From the NCBI GenBank assembly GCA_964016885.1, contig OZ024742.1, forward strand, positions 220,224,001 to 220,288,000: a stretch of DNA of 64,000 bases, in the 5' to 3' direction. Below are positions 1 to 14,672 of the stretch, one piece after another. This stretch comes from Eledone cirrhosa. Lineage: Eukaryota. The notes below the pieces were generated by a model. It saw nothing but the letters and a program-made list of their open reading frames with translations, was not told the origin of the DNA and did not search any database. Position 1 is the first letter of the stretch. Each line of letters starts with the position of its first letter. Position numbers and translations under genes: made by a program.

Positions 1-435
1 TCATAACCTACCAAGAAATAGCATACAAATCCTCTTCATACCATAACCTACCAAGAAATAGCAGTTAAATCTCTCTCATACCATACCATTACCTACCAAG
101 AAATAGCAGTCAAATCTCCCTCATACCTTACCATACCTACAAACAAATAGTAGTCAAATCCCCCTCATAACATACCATAACCTACCTAGAAATACCAGTC
201 AAATGTCCCTCCTACCATACCATAACCTACCAAGAAATAGCAGTCAAATCACCCTTATACCATACCGTAACCTACCAAGAAATAGCAGCTAAATCCTCCT
301 CATACCATAACCTACCAAGAAATACCAGTCAAATCCCCCTCATACCATAACCTTCCAAGAAATAGCAGTCAAATGTCCCTCATACCATACCTTAACCTAC
401 CAAGAAATAGCAGTCAAATCCCCCTCATACCACCA
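1..435. repeat. ~40-bp satellite block (open at window start)
   Basis: Tandem copies of CCATAACCTACCAAGAAATAGCAGTCAAATCCCCCTCATA, with 45-bp variants carrying an extra CCATA; matches 5423-5857 and 12181-12615. Confidence 0.95.
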
Positions 436-2447
436 AAGAACGTTGTAATGCGGAACGTGAGTACAAACTGCACAAATCAGACATCAATAGGAAGAGGCGA
501 AATAAATCATCCAACCACCTCAAACAGGTGACAAAAAAGGCAGTGCTTCAATTTGAGCAGCGCATAGCAACCAGCCCTGACAGTAAGGTGTTCTGGAAGT
601 ATGTTCACTCAAAGCAGAGGCCTCACTCTCCAGTTGGACCTCTTCACAATCCCCATACAAGCCAGGTTACTGACGACCCCAAGGAATGTGCAGAGCTCAT
701 TGCTGAATGCTATGCAGCCCTTTTCACTATTGAAGACCAGAGTGTACCGTCTCCACCACCTATGACACCGGACTCTATTACAACCATGGAATTTACACCT
801 GCAATGCTGCGACGTCACCTAAAAAATAAACGCAACCATGCCTCTCCTGGTCTTGGTGGTGTTACGTACCTGCTTCTTAAATGTGGTGGGTACTTCCTTC
901 TGCACCAGCTATCATGCTTCTTCCAATTCTGTCTGAACAACAGTGCTACTCCAGAACAGTGGAAAACTGCCAGTGTCATTCCTCTGTTCAAAAAGGGTGA
1001 CCGCACATCACCTGTGGACTATCATCCAGTCACTCTTACTAGTTGCATTGCCAAACTGATGGAATCCTGTGTCAGAGAAACGCTTTGGAATTTCTGGAAC
1101 TCTCACAATCTTATCCGGCCCTTGCAATTTGGATTTATCCCCAACTCCAGCTGCTGTGATCAACTTATTGAGTTTCTTGAAGACATCACCCGGATCACTG
1201 ATGGCGGCTCATGGGTGGATGTTGTTTACCTTGACTTTGCGAAAGCTTTCAATTCTGTGCCACATAAAAGGCTTATGGCAAAACTCTCTGCAATGGGTGT
1301 GAAGGATGATCTTTTTAACTGGTTGAAGTCCTTCATTCTCAGTCGAAGAGAGGTAATCACGGTTCTGGGACAGCATTCCTCACCCTATGAGGTGTCATCT
1401 GGTGTACCACAGGGATCTGTTCTTGGCCCCCTTTTGTTTGTGGCATATATTAATGACATAGATGTCAACTTAAAGAATGCTACAGTACTGAAATATGTAG
1501 ATGACATCAAGCTGTACCTTGAGATAAAAAGGACAGATCCTGAACACTATAGATCTTGCTTGCAGTCTGACCTGGACACAATGCAACAATGGATCTCAGA
1601 CTGGCAACTCAAGTTAGCTGTGGACAAGTGCACCACCATGCATTTTGGGAGTAAAAACCCAGCATCCACATATTCCCTCCACAACCACTAATATCAAGAA
1701 GTCTTCTTGTGAAGGTCACCTGGGCATTACGGTCAGCAGCGATTTGCGCTGGACGAAGCACGTCTCTAAAATTGTCAAGAGGGCCGAGGGTGTCTTAGCA
1801 TCACTCAGCAAGACCTTTGTCAGCCGCTCTCCAGCTATCTATTTAAGGCTGTACATGGCTATGGTGCAGCCACACTTAGAATTTGCATCACCAGTCTGGA
1901 AGCCCTATCTTGCTCAGAACATTGACTGCCTGGAAACTGTTCAGAGACGTGCAACCAAGCGAATACCCTCCATCAGGCATCTACCATACTCTGAACGCCT
2001 TGCTTCCCTGGGCATGGATACATTGAAGCTCCGACGCCTGGCAACTGACTTGGGTAACACCCACAAAATTGTTAACCATCTTTCCAACAACAACCTTGAG
2101 TACCATTTTGATTTCCATGTGTCTAACACACGTGGACATGCCCACAAAGTCAGAAAACAGCACAGTTCCCATGACTTTCGGAAACATTTTTTCACGCTCA
2201 GAGTTGCTGAAGCATGGAACAAACTACCTGCATCAGTTGTTAGCTGTCGAGACACTGCATCCTTTAAAACCTCCATGCTTCCCGAGATTCGCCAGCACTA
2301 CACCTAATGTTCCCCCTCCATACACATACACACATGTATATCATGACTCCCACACTATTCACTTCCCTGACATTTGTATATTATTCTATGTACTATACAT
2401 GCACCTTTGACGAGTTGTAGTGCACCTGAGCACTTTACACAATAATT

Positions 2448-2478
<31 letters not shown>
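436..2478 (+). mobile_element. 5'-truncated CR1/L2-group non-LTR retrotransposon (RT pseudogene), copy 1
   Basis: ORF 528-1691 has RT motifs QFGF, YLDFAKAF, GVPQGSVLGPLLF, YVDD; continues after a frameshift near 1685 into ORF 1645-2307 (LETVQRRATK, TRGH, FFTLRVAEAWNKLP); ends in an (ATT)n tail. Confidence 0.93.
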
Positions 2479-2492
2479 ACTATACCATAACC

Positions 2493-3460
2493 CAGTGGTC
2501 GCCAACCTTTCTAAAACCGAGGAACCCTCTAAATATTTTGAATTCTTCACGGAATTTATACAATACAAAACTTTTCACAAAAAAAAAATAAAGTATTTAT
2601 TTATTTTAGTGAACTTACGTTGTGAGAACAGCGAACTGACCCAGTCTCTCGGCTGAGAGACCTCGCTGAACTGAAGTTTTCAGTTTAAAGTTATGCTGTC
2701 ACCGACCAACATTTACTTGTTTGTGATTGGTCAATTTCTAAGTTCAATTAGTGTATTATCAGTAGTAGTCAAATTCTCGGAATTCAGAAAACTATGTCTT
2801 TCCAAGAATAAGAATAATGAAATTATTGTGTAAAGTGCTCAGGTGCACTACAACTCGTCAAAGGTGTATATATAGTACATAAAATAATACACAAATGTCA
2901 GGGAAGTGAATAGTGTATGAGTCACGGTATACATGTATGTATGTGTATGGAGGGGGAACATTAGGTGTAGTGTTGGCGGATCTCGGGAAGCATGGAGGCC
3001 TTAAAGGATGCAGTGTCTCGACAGCTAACAACCGATGCAGGCAGTTTGTTCCCTGCTTCAGCAACTCTGAGCGTGAAAAATGTTTCCGAAAGTCATGGGA
3101 ACCGTGCTGTTTTCTGACTTTGTGGGCATGCCCACGTGCGTTAGACACATGGAAATCAAAAAATTGATGTGAATTGATGTGAAATTGAAAGAATTCAATG
3201 TCCACGAATCTCAGAACAGTGTTTTTCTGCTAATTCAAGTGAGAAACTGAAAGTAGTGTTTTCCACGAATTGGAGTGGAGAACTTGTGTACACTACAATA
3301 GTACTTGTTCATTTATACATTGCACCTTTGGCATTTTCTTTGCACCTTTTTCAGAAAACCCAAAATATTAATGGTAATGTAAATATTTATTTTTTTAAGG
3401 AACCCAGAGTTTGTTTTACGGAACCCCAAGGTTCCGCGGAACCCATGTTGGCGACCACTG
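2493..3460. mobile_element. Non-autonomous hAT-type element (MITE), copy 1
   Basis: 14-bp TIRs CAGTGGTCGCCAAC / GTTGGCGACCACTG; 8-bp TSD CCATAACC at 2485-2492 and 3461-3468. Confidence 0.88.
2806..3161 (-). mobile_element. Inverted 3' fragment of the same CR1-type LINE nested in the hAT MITE (also 8228-8583, 14986-15341)
   Basis: Reverse complement matches about 2107-2455 with scattered substitutions, including the tail. Confidence 0.9.
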
Positions 3461-5857
3461 CCATAACCTACCAGAGAAGTAGCAGTCAAATGCCCCTCAT
3501 ACCATAACCTACAAAGAAATAGCAGTTATATCCTCCTCATACCATCCTACCGTGAAATAACAGTCAAATTCCCCTCAAACCACGTCCTACCTATAAATAG
3601 CAGTCAAATCCCCCTTATAACCTACCAAGAAATAGCAGTCAAATCTCCCCCATACCATACCAGAACCTACCAAGAAATAGCAGTCAAATCCCCCTCATAC
3701 CATAACCTACCAACAAATAAAAGTCAAATCCCCCTTATACCATAACCTAGCAAGAAATAGAAGTCATATCTCCCTCATACCACAACCTACCAAGAAACAA
3801 CAGTCAAATCTGCCTCATACCATAACCTTGCAAGAAATAGCAGTCAAATCCCCCTCATACCATACCAGAAGCTAGCAAGAAATAGCAGTCAAATCCACCT
3901 CATACCATAACCTACCAAGAAATAGCAGTCAATTCTACCTCATACCATAACCTACCAAGAAATAGCAGTCAAATTTGCCTCAGACAATATCCTACCAGGA
4001 AATAGCAGTCAAATCCCCTCATACCATACCATAACCTACCAAGAAATAGCATTCAAATCTCCCACCTACTATAACCTACCATGAAATAACAGTCAAATCC
4101 TCCTCATACCATAAGTTACCAAGAAATAGCAGTCAATTCCACCTCATACCATACCATAACCTACCAGAGAAATAGCAGTCAAATCCCCCTCATACCATAC
4201 CAGAAGCTAGCAAGAAATAGCAGTCAAATCCACCTCATACCATAACCTACCAAGAAATAGCAGTCAATTCTACCTCATACCATAACCTACCAAGAAATAG
4301 CAGTCAAATTTGCCTCAGACAATATCCTTCCAGGAAATAGCAGTCAAATCCCCCTAATACCATACCATAACCTACCAAGAAATAGCAGTCAAATCTTCCA
4401 CAGAACTTAACATAACATAGCAAGAAATAACAGCCAAATCCCCCCTCATAACATACCATAACCTACCAATAAATAACAGTCAAAGTCCTCTCAAACCGTG
4501 TCCTACCTAGAAATAGAAGTCAAATCTCCCTCATAACCTACCAAGAAATAGCGGTGAAATCCCCTTCATACCATACTATATCCTACCTAGAAATAGCAGT
4601 CGGATCCCTCTCATACCATACCATAACATACCAACAAATAACAGTTAAATTCCCCTCAAACCATGTCCTACCTAGAAATAGCAGTCAAATCCCCCTCATA
4701 CCTTAACCTACCAAGAAATAACAGTCAAATCACCCTCATACCATAACCTACCAGGAAATAGCAGTCAAATCTGCCTCATACCATACCATATCCTACCAAG
4801 AAATAGCAGTCAAATCCCCCTCATATCATAACCAACCAAGAAATAGCAGTCAAATCCCCCTCATACTATAACCTACCAAGAAATAGCAGTCAAATCCCCT
4901 TAATACTATAACCTACCAAGAAATAGCAGTCAAATCCCCCTCATACCATAACCTACCTAGAAATAGCAGTTAAATCCCCCTCAAACCATAACATTACCTA
5001 CCAAGAAATAGCAGTCAAATCTCCCTCATGCCTTATCATAACATAGCAAGAAATAACAGTCAAATCCTCCTCGTACCTTGCCATACCTACCAAGAAATAG
5101 CAGTCAAATCCCCCTCATAACATACCATAACCTACCTAGAAATACCAGTCAAATTCCCCTGAAACCACGTCCTACCCAAGAAATAGCGGTGAAATCCCCA
5201 TCATACCATACCATAACCTACCTAGAAATAGCAGTCAAATCCCCTTCAAACCATACCATAACTTACCTAGAAATAGCTGTCAAATATCTCATCTGCTATA
5301 ACCTACCATGAAATAACAGTCAAATCTCCCTCATATAACCTAACAAGGAATAGCAGTCAAATCCCCCTCATACCTTACCATAACCTACCAAGAAATAGCA
5401 GTCAAATGCCCCTCATACCATATCATAACCTACCAAGAAATAGCATACAAATCCTCTTCATACCATAACCTACCAAGAAATAGCAGTTAAATCTCTCTCA
5501 TACCATACCATTACCTACCAAGAAATAGCAGTCAAATCTCCCTCATACCTTACCATACCTACAAACAAATAGTAGTCAAATCCCCCTCATAACATACCAT
5601 AACCTACCTAGAAATACCAGTCAAATGTCCCTCCTACCATACCATAACCTACCAAGAAATAGCAGTCAAATCACCCTTATACCATACCGTAACCTACCAA
5701 GAAATAGCAGCTAAATCCTCCTCATACCATAACCTACCAAGAAATACCAGTCAAATCCCCCTCATACCATAACCTTCCAAGAAATAGCAGTCAAATGTCC
5801 CTCATACCATACCTTAACCTACCAAGAAATAGCAGTCAAATCCCCCTCATACCACCA
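3461..5857. repeat. ~40-bp satellite block
   Basis: Continuous tandem array of diverged 40/45-bp monomers. Confidence 0.95.
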
Positions 5858-7869
5858 AAGAACGTTGTAATGCGGAACGTGAGTACAAACTGCACAAATC
5901 AGACATCAATAGGAAGAGGCGAAATAAATCATCCAACCACCTCAAACAGGTGACAAAAAAGGCAGTGCTTCAATTTGAGCAGCGCATAGCAACCAGCCCT
6001 GACAGTAAGGTGTTCTGGAAGTATGTTCACTCAAAGCAGAGGCCTCACTCTCCAGTTGGACCTCTTCACAATCCCCATACAAGCCAGGTTACTGACGACC
6101 CCAAGGAATGTGCAGAGCTCATTGCTGAATGCTATGCAGCCCTTTTCACTATTGAAGACCAGAGTGTACCGTCTCCACTACCTATGACACCGGACTCTAT
6201 TACAACCATGGAATTTACACCTGCAATGCTGCGACGTCACCTAAAAAATAAACGCAACCATGCCTCTCCTGGTCTTGGTGGTGTTACGTACCTGCTTCTT
6301 AAATGTGGTGGGTACTTCCTTCTGCACCAGCTATCATGCTTCTTCCAATTCTGTCTGAACAACAGTGCTACTCCAGAACAGTGGAAAACTGCCAGTGTCA
6401 TTCCTCTGTTCAAAAAGGGTGACCGCACATCACCTGTGAACTATCATCCAGTCACTCTTACTAGTTGCATTGCCAAACTGGTGGAATCCTGTGTCAGAGA
6501 AACGCTTTGGAATTTCTGGAACTCTCACAATCTTATCCGGCCCTTGCAATTTGGATTTATCCCCAACTCCAGCTGCTGTGATCAACTTATTGAGTTTCTT
6601 GAAGACATCACCCGGATCACTGATGGCGGCTCATGGGTGGATGTTGTTTACCTTGACTTTGCGAAAGCTTTCAATTCTGTGCCACATAAAAGGCTTATGG
6701 CAAAACTCTCTGCAATGGGTGTGAAGGATGATCTTTTTAACTGGTTGAAGTCCTTCATTCTCAGTCGAAGAGAGGTAATCACGGTTCTGGGACAGCATTC
6801 CTCACCCTATGAGGTGTCATCTGGTGTACCACAGGGATCTGTTCTTGGCCCCCTTTTGTTTGTGGCATATATTAATGACATAGATGTCAACTTAAAGAAT
6901 GCTACAGTACTGAAATATGTAGATGACATCAAGCTGTACCTTGAGATAAAAAGGACAGATCCTGAACACTATAGATCTTGCTTGCAGTCTGACCTGGACA
7001 CAATGCAACAATGGATCTCAGACTGGCAACTCAAGTTAGCTGTGGACAAGTGCACCACCATGCATTTTGGGAGTAAAAACCCAGCATCCACATATTCCCT
7101 CCACAACCACTAATATCAAGAAGTCTTCTTGTGAAGGTCACCTGGGCATTACGGTCAGCAGCGATTTGCGCTGGACGAAGCACGTCTCTAAAATTGTCAA
7201 GAGGGCCGAGGGTGTCTTAGCATCACTCAGCAAGACCTTTGTCAGCCGCTCTCCAGCTATCTATTTAAGGCTGTACATGGCTATGGTGCAGCCACACTTA
7301 GAATTTGCATCACCAGTCTGGAAGCCCTATCTTGCTCAGAACATTGACTGCCTGGAAACTGTTCAGAGACGTGCAACCAAGCGAATACCCTCCATCAGGC
7401 ATCTACCATACTCTGAACGCCTTGCTTCCCTGGGCATGGATACATTGAAGCTCCGACGCCTGGCAACTGACTTGGGTAACACCCACAAAATTGTTAACCA
7501 TCTTTCCAACAACAACCTTGAGTACCATTTTGATTTCCATGTGTCTAACACACGTGGACATGCCCACAAAGTCAGAAAACAGCACAGTTCCCATGACTTT
7601 CGGAAACATTTTTTCACGCTCAGAGTTGCTGAAGCATGGAACAAACTACCTGCATCAGTTGTTAGCTGTCGAGACACTGCATCCTTTAAAACCTCCATGC
7701 TTCCCGAGATTCGCCAGCACTACACCTAATGTTCCCCCTCCATACACATACACACATGTATATCATGACTCCCACACTATTCACTTCCCTGACATTTGTA
7801 TATTATTCTATGTACTATACATGCACCTTTGACGAGTTGTAGTGCACCTGAGCACTTTACACAATAATT

Positions 7870-7900
<31 letters not shown>
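5858..7900 (+). mobile_element. CR1-type LINE RT pseudogene, copy 2
   Basis: Nearly identical to copy 1 at offset 5422, with the same 5' truncation point, frameshift and tail (ORFs 5950-7113, 7067-7729). Confidence 0.93.
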
Positions 7901-7914
7901 ACTATACCATAACC

Positions 7915-8882
7915 CAGTGGTCGCCAACCTTTCTAAAACCGAGGAACCCTCTAAATATTTTGAATTCTTCACGGAATTTATACAATACAAAACTTTTCAC
8001 AAAAAAAAAATAAAGTATTTATTTATTTTAGTGAACTTACGTTGTGAGAACAGCGAACTGACCCAGTCTCTCGGCTGAGAGACCTCGCTGAACTGAAGTT
8101 TTCAGTTTAAAGTTATGCTGTCACCGACCAACATTTACTTGTTTGTGATTGGTCAATTTCTAAGTTCAATTAGTGTATTATCAGTAGTAGTCAAATTCTC
8201 GGAATTCAGAAAACTATGTCTTTCCAAGAATAAGAATAATGAAATTATTGTGTAAAGTGCTCAGGTGCACTACAACTCGTCAAAGGTGTATATATAGTAC
8301 ATAAAATAATACACAAATGTCAGGGAAGTGAATAGTGTATGAGTCACGGTATACATGTATGTATGTGTATGGAGGGGGAACATTAGGTGTAGTGTTGGCG
8401 GATCTCGGGAAGCATGGAGGCCTTAAAGGATGCAGTGTCTCGACAGCTAACAACCGATGCAGGCAGTTTGTTCCCTGCTTCAGCAACTCTGAGCGTGAAA
8501 AATGTTTCCGAAAGTCATGGGAACCGTGCTGTTTTCTGACTTTGTGGGCATGCCCACGTGCGTTAGACACATGGAAATCAAAAAATTGATGTGAATTGAT
8601 GTGAAATTGAAAGAATTCAATGTCCACGAATCTCAGAACAGTGTTTTTCTGCTAATTCAAGTGAGAAACTGAAAGTAGTGTTTTCCACGAATTGGAGTGG
8701 AGAACTTGTGTACACTACAATAGTACTTGTTCATTTATACATTGCACCTTTGGCATTTTCTTTGCACCTTTTTCAGAAAACCCAAAATATTAATGGTAAT
8801 GTAAATATTTATTTTTTTAAGGAACCCAGAGTTTGTTTTACGGAACCCCAAGGTTCCGCGGAACCCATGTTGGCGACCACTG
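7915..8882. mobile_element. hAT MITE, copy 2
   Basis: Same TIRs and TSD as copy 1 at offset 5422. Confidence 0.88.
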
Positions 8883-11800
8883 CCATAACCTACCAGAGAA
8901 GTAGCAGTCAAATGCCCCTCATACCATAACCTACAAAGAAATAGCAGTTATATCCTCCTCATACCATCCTACCGTGAAATAACAGTCAAATTCCCCTCAA
9001 ACCACGTCCTACCTATAAATAGCAGTCAAATCCCCCTTATAACCTACCAAGAAATAGCAGTCAAATCTCCCCCATACCATACCAGAACCTACCAAGAAAT
9101 AGCAGTCAAATCCCCCTCATACCATAACCTACCAACAAATAAAAGTCAAATCCCCCTTATACCATAACCTAGCAAGAAATAGAAGTCATATCTCCCTCAT
9201 ACCACAACCTACCAAGAAACAACAGTCAAATCTGCCTCATACCATAACCTTGCAAGAAATAGCAGTCAAATCCCCCTCATACCATACCAGAAGCTAGCAA
9301 GAAATAGCAGTCAAATCCACCTCATACCATAACCTACCAAGAAATAGCAGTCAATTCTACCTCATACCATAACCTACCAAGAAATAGCAGTCAAATTTGC
9401 CTCAGACAATATCCTACCAGGAAATAGCAGTCAAATCCCCTCATACCATACCATAACCTACCAAGAAATAGCATTCAAATCTCCCACCTACTATAACCTA
9501 CCATGAAATAACAGTCAAATCCTCCTCATACCATAAGTTACCAAGAAATAGCAGTCAATTCCACCTCATACCATACCATAACCTACCAGAGAAATAGCAG
9601 TCAAATCCCCCTCATACCATACCAGAAGCTAGCAAGAAATAGCAGTCAAATCCACCTCATACCATAACCTACCAAGAAATAGCAGTCAATTCTACCTCAT
9701 ACCATAACCTACCAAGAAATAGCAGTCAAATTTGCCCCAGACAATATCCTTCCAGGAAATAGCAGTCAAATCCCCCTAATACCATACCATAACCTACCAA
9801 GAAATAGCAGTCAAATCTTCCACAGAACTTAACATAACATAGCAAGAAATAACAGCCAAATCCCCCCTCATAACATACCATAACCTACCAATAAATAACA
9901 GTCAAAGTCCTCTCAAACCGTGTCCTACCTAGAAATAGAAGTCAAATCTCCCTCATAACCTACCAAGAAATAGCGGTGAAATCCCCTTCATACCATACTA
10001 TATCCTACCTAGAAATAGCAGTCGGATCCCTCTCATACCATACCATAACATACCAACAAATAACAGTTAAATTCCCCTCAAACCATGTCCTACCTAGAAA
10101 TAGCAGTCAAATCCCCCTCATACCTTAACCTACCAAGAAATAACAGTCAAATCACCCTCATACCATAACCTACCAGGAAATAGCAGTCAAATCTGCCTCA
10201 TACCATACCATATCCTACCAAGAAATAGCAGTCAAATCCCCCTCATATCATAACCAACCAAGAAATAGCAGTCAAATCCCCCTCATACTATAACCTACCA
10301 AGAAATAGCAGTCAAATCCCCTTAATACTATAACCTACCAAGAAATAGCAGTCAAATCCCCTTAATACTATAACCTACCAAGAAATAGCAGTCAAATCCC
10401 CCTCATACCATAACCTACCTAGAAATAGCAGTTAAATCCCCCTCAAACCATAACATTACTTACCAAGAAATAGCAGTCAAATCTCCCTCATGCCTTATCA
10501 TAACATAGCAAGAAACAACAGTCAAATCTGCCTCATACCATAACCTTGCAAGAAATAGCAGTCAAATCCCCCTCATACCATACCAGAAGCTAGCAAGAAA
10601 TAGCAGTCAAATCCACCTCATACCATAACCTACCAAGAAATAGCAGTCAATTCTACCTCATACCATAACCTACCAAGAAATAGCAGTCAAATTTGCCTCA
10701 GACAATATCCTACCAGGAAATAGCAGTCAAATCCCCTCATACCATACCATAACCTACCAAGAAATAGCATTCAAATCTCCCACCTACTATAACCTACCAT
10801 GAAATAACAGTCAAATCCTCCTCATACCATAAGTTACCAAGAAATAGCAGTCAATTCCACCTCATACCATACCATAACCTACCAGAGAAATAGCAGTCAA
10901 ATCCCCCTCATACCATACCAGAAGCTAGCAAGAAATAGCAGTCAAATCCACCTCATACCATAACCTACCAAGAAATAGCAGTCAATTCTACCTCATACCA
11001 TAACCTACCAAGAAATAGCAGTCAAATTTGCCTCAGACAATATCCTTCCAGGAAATAGCAGTCAAATCCCCCTAATACCATACCATAACCTACCAAGAAA
11101 TAGCAGTCAAATCTTCCACAGAACTTAACATAACATAGCAAGAAATAACAGCCAAATCCCCCCTCATAACATACCATAACCTACCAATAAATAACAGTCA
11201 AAGTCCTCTCAAACCGTGTCCTACCTAGAAATAGAAGTCAAATCTCCCTCATAACCTACCAAGAAATAGCGGTGAAATCCCCTTCATACCATACTATATC
11301 CTACCTAGAAATAGCAGTCGGATCCCTCTCATACCATACCATAACATACCAACAAATAACAGTTAAATTCCCCTCAAACCATGTCCTACCTAGAAATAGC
11401 AGTCAAATCCCCCTCATACCTTAACCTACCAAGAAATAACAGTCAAATCACCCTCATACCATAACCTACCAGGAAATAGCAGTCAAATCTGCCTCATACC
11501 ATACCATATCCTACCAAGAAATAGCAGTCAAATCCCCCTCATATCATAACCAACCAAGAAATAGCAGTCAAATCCCCCTCATACTATAACCTACCAAGAA
11601 ATAGCAGTCAAATCCCCTTAATACTATAACCTACCAAGAAATAGCAGTCAAATCCCCTTAATACTATAACCTACCAAGAAATAGCAGTCAAATCCCCCTC
11701 ATACCATAACCTACCTAGAAATAGCAGTTAAATCCCCCTCAAACCATAACATTACCTACCAAGAAATAGCAGTCAAATCTCCCTCATGCCTTATCATAAC

Positions 11801-12615
11801 ATAGCAAGAAATAACAGTCAAATCCTCCTCGTACCTTGCCATACCTACCAAGAAATAGCAGTCAAATCCCCCTCATAACATACCATAACCTACCTAGAAA
11901 TACCAGTCAAATTCCCCTGAAACCACGTCCTACCCAAGAAATAGCGGTGAAATCCCCATCATACCATACCATAACCTACCTAGAAATAGCAGTCAAATCC
12001 CCTTCAAACCATACCATAACTTACCTAGAAATAGCTGTCAAATATCTCATCTGCTATAACCTACCATGAAATAACAGTCAAATCTCCCTCATATAACCTA
12101 ACAAGGAATAGCAGTCAAATCCCCCTCATACCTTACCATAACCTACCAAGAAATAGCAGTCAAATGCCCCTCATACCATATCATAACCTACCAAGAAATA
12201 GCATACAAATCCTCTTCATACCATAACCTACCAAGAAATAGCAGTTAAATCTCTCTCATACCATACCATTACCTACCAAGAAATAGCAGTCAAATCTCCC
12301 TCATACCTTACCATACCTACAAACAAATAGTAGTCAAATCCCCCTCATAACATACCATAACCTACCTAGAAATACCAGTCAAATGTCCCTCCTACCATAC
12401 CATAACCTACCAAGAAATAGCAGTCAAATCACCCTTATACCATACCGTAACCTACCAAGAAATAGCAGCTAAATCCTCCTCATACCATAACCTACCAAGA
12501 AATACCAGTCAAATCCCCCTCATACCATAACCTTCCAAGAAATAGCAGTCAAATGTCCCTCATACCATACCTTAACCTACCAAGAAATAGCAGTCAAATC
12601 CCCCTCATACCACCA
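8883..12615. repeat. ~40-bp satellite block with internal 1296-bp duplication
   Basis: Tandem monomers; 9215-10510 is repeated at 10511-11806. Confidence 0.93.
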
Positions 12616-14627
12616 AAGAACGTTGTAATGCGGAACGTGAGTACAAACTGCACAAATCAGACATCAATAGGAAGAGGCGAAATAAATCATCCAACCACCT
12701 CAAACAGGTGACAAAAAAGGCAGTGCTTCAATTTGAGCAGCGCATAGCAACCAGCCCTGACAGTAAGGTGTTCTGGAAGTATGTTCACTCAAAGCAGAGG
12801 CCTCACTCTCCAGTTGGACCTCTTCACAATCCCCATACAAGCCAGGTTACTGACGACCCCAAGGAATGTGCAGAGCTCATTGCTGAATGCTATGCAGCCC
12901 TTTTCACTATTGAAGACCAGAGTGTACCGTCTCCACCACCTCTGACATCGGACTCTATTACAACCATGGAATTTACACCTGCAATGCTGCGACGTCACCT
13001 AAAAAATAAACGCAACCATGCCTCTCCTGGTCTTGGTGGTGTTACGTACCTGCTTCTTAAATGTGGTGGGTACTTCCTTCTGCACCAGCTATCATGCTTC
13101 TTCCAATTCTGTCTGAACAACAGTGCTACTCCAGAACAGTGGAAAACTGCCAGTGTCATTCCTCTGTTCAAAAAGGGTGACCGCACATCACCTGTGAACT
13201 ATCATCCAGTCACTCTTACTAGTTGCATTGCCAAACTGATGGAATCCTGTGTCAGAGAAACGCTTTGGAATTTCTGGAACTCTCACAATCTTATCCGGCC
13301 CTTGCAATTTGGATTTATCCCCAACTCCAGCTGCTGTGATCAACTTATTGAGTTTCTTGAAGACATCACCCGGATCACTGATGGCGGCTCATGGGTGGAT
13401 GTTATTTACCTTGACTTTGCGAAAGCTTTCAATTCTGTGGCACATAAAAGGCTTATGGCAAAACTCTCTGCAATGGGTGTGAAGGATGATCTTTTTAACT
13501 GGTTGAAGTCCTTCATTCTCAGTCGAAGAGAGGTAATCACGGTTCTGGGACAGCATTCCTCACCCTATGAGGTGTCATCTGGTGTACCACAGGGATCTGT
13601 TCTTGGCCCCCTTTTGTTTGTGGCATATATTAATGACATAGATGTCAACTTAAAGAATGCTACAGTACTGAAATATGTAGATGACATCAAGCTGTACCTT
13701 GAGATAAAAAGGACAGATCCTGAACACTATAGATCTTGCTTGCAGTCTGACCTGGACACAATGCAACAATGGATCTCAGACTAGCAACTCAAGTTAGCTG
13801 TGGACAAGTGCACCACCATGCATTTTGGGAGTAAAAACCCAGCATCCACATATTCCCTCCACAACCACTAATATCAAGAAGTCTTCTTGTGAAGGTCACC
13901 TGGGCATTACGGTCAGCAGCGATTTGCGCTGGACGAAGCACGTCTCTAAAATTGTCAAGAGGGCCGAGGGTGTCTTAGCATCACTCAGCAAGACCTTTGT
14001 CAGCCGCTCTCCAGCTATCTATTTAAGGCTGTACATGGCTATGGTGCAGCCACACTTAGAATTTGCATCACCAGTCTGGAAGCCCTATCTTGCTCAGAAC
14101 ATTGACTGCCTGGAAACTGTTCAGAGACGTGCAACCAAGCGAATACCCTCCATCAGGCATCTACCATACTCTGAACGCCTTGCTTCCCTGGGCATGGATA
14201 CATTGAAGCTCCGATGCCTGGCAACTGACTTGGGTAACACCCACAAAATTGTTAACCATCTTTCCAACAACAACCTTGAGTACCATTTTGATTTCCATGT
14301 GTCTAACACACGTGGACATGCCCACAAAGTCAGAAAACAGCACAGTTCCCATGACTTTCGGAAACATTTTTTCACGCTCAGAGTTGCTGAAGCATGGAAC
14401 AAACTACCTGCATCAGTTGTTAGCTGTCGAGACACTGCATCCTTTAAAACCTCCATGCTTCCCGAGATTCGCCAGCACTACACCTAATGTTCCCCCTCCA
14501 TACACATACACACATGTATATCATGACTCCCACACTATTCACTTCCCTGACATTTGTATATTATTCTATGTACTATACATGCACCTTTGACGAGTTGTAG
14601 TGCACCTGAGCACTTTACACAATAATT

Positions 14628-14658
<31 letters not shown>
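12616..14658 (+). mobile_element. CR1-type LINE RT pseudogene, copy 3
   Basis: Offset 12180 from copy 1; extra premature TAG at 13782-13784 (ORFs 12708-13784, 13825-14487). Confidence 0.93.
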
Positions 14659-14672
14659 ACTATACCATAACC

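Noticed and set aside
528-2307. Tandem RT ORFs as a retron, DGR or domesticated RT gene
   Set aside because: Standard CR1-type motifs, 5' truncation, shared frameshift, microsatellite tail and a new stop in copy 3 indicate a dead LINE.
5078-5311. ORFs inside the satellite (also 11836-12069)
   Set aside because: Chance open frames from repeat monomers.
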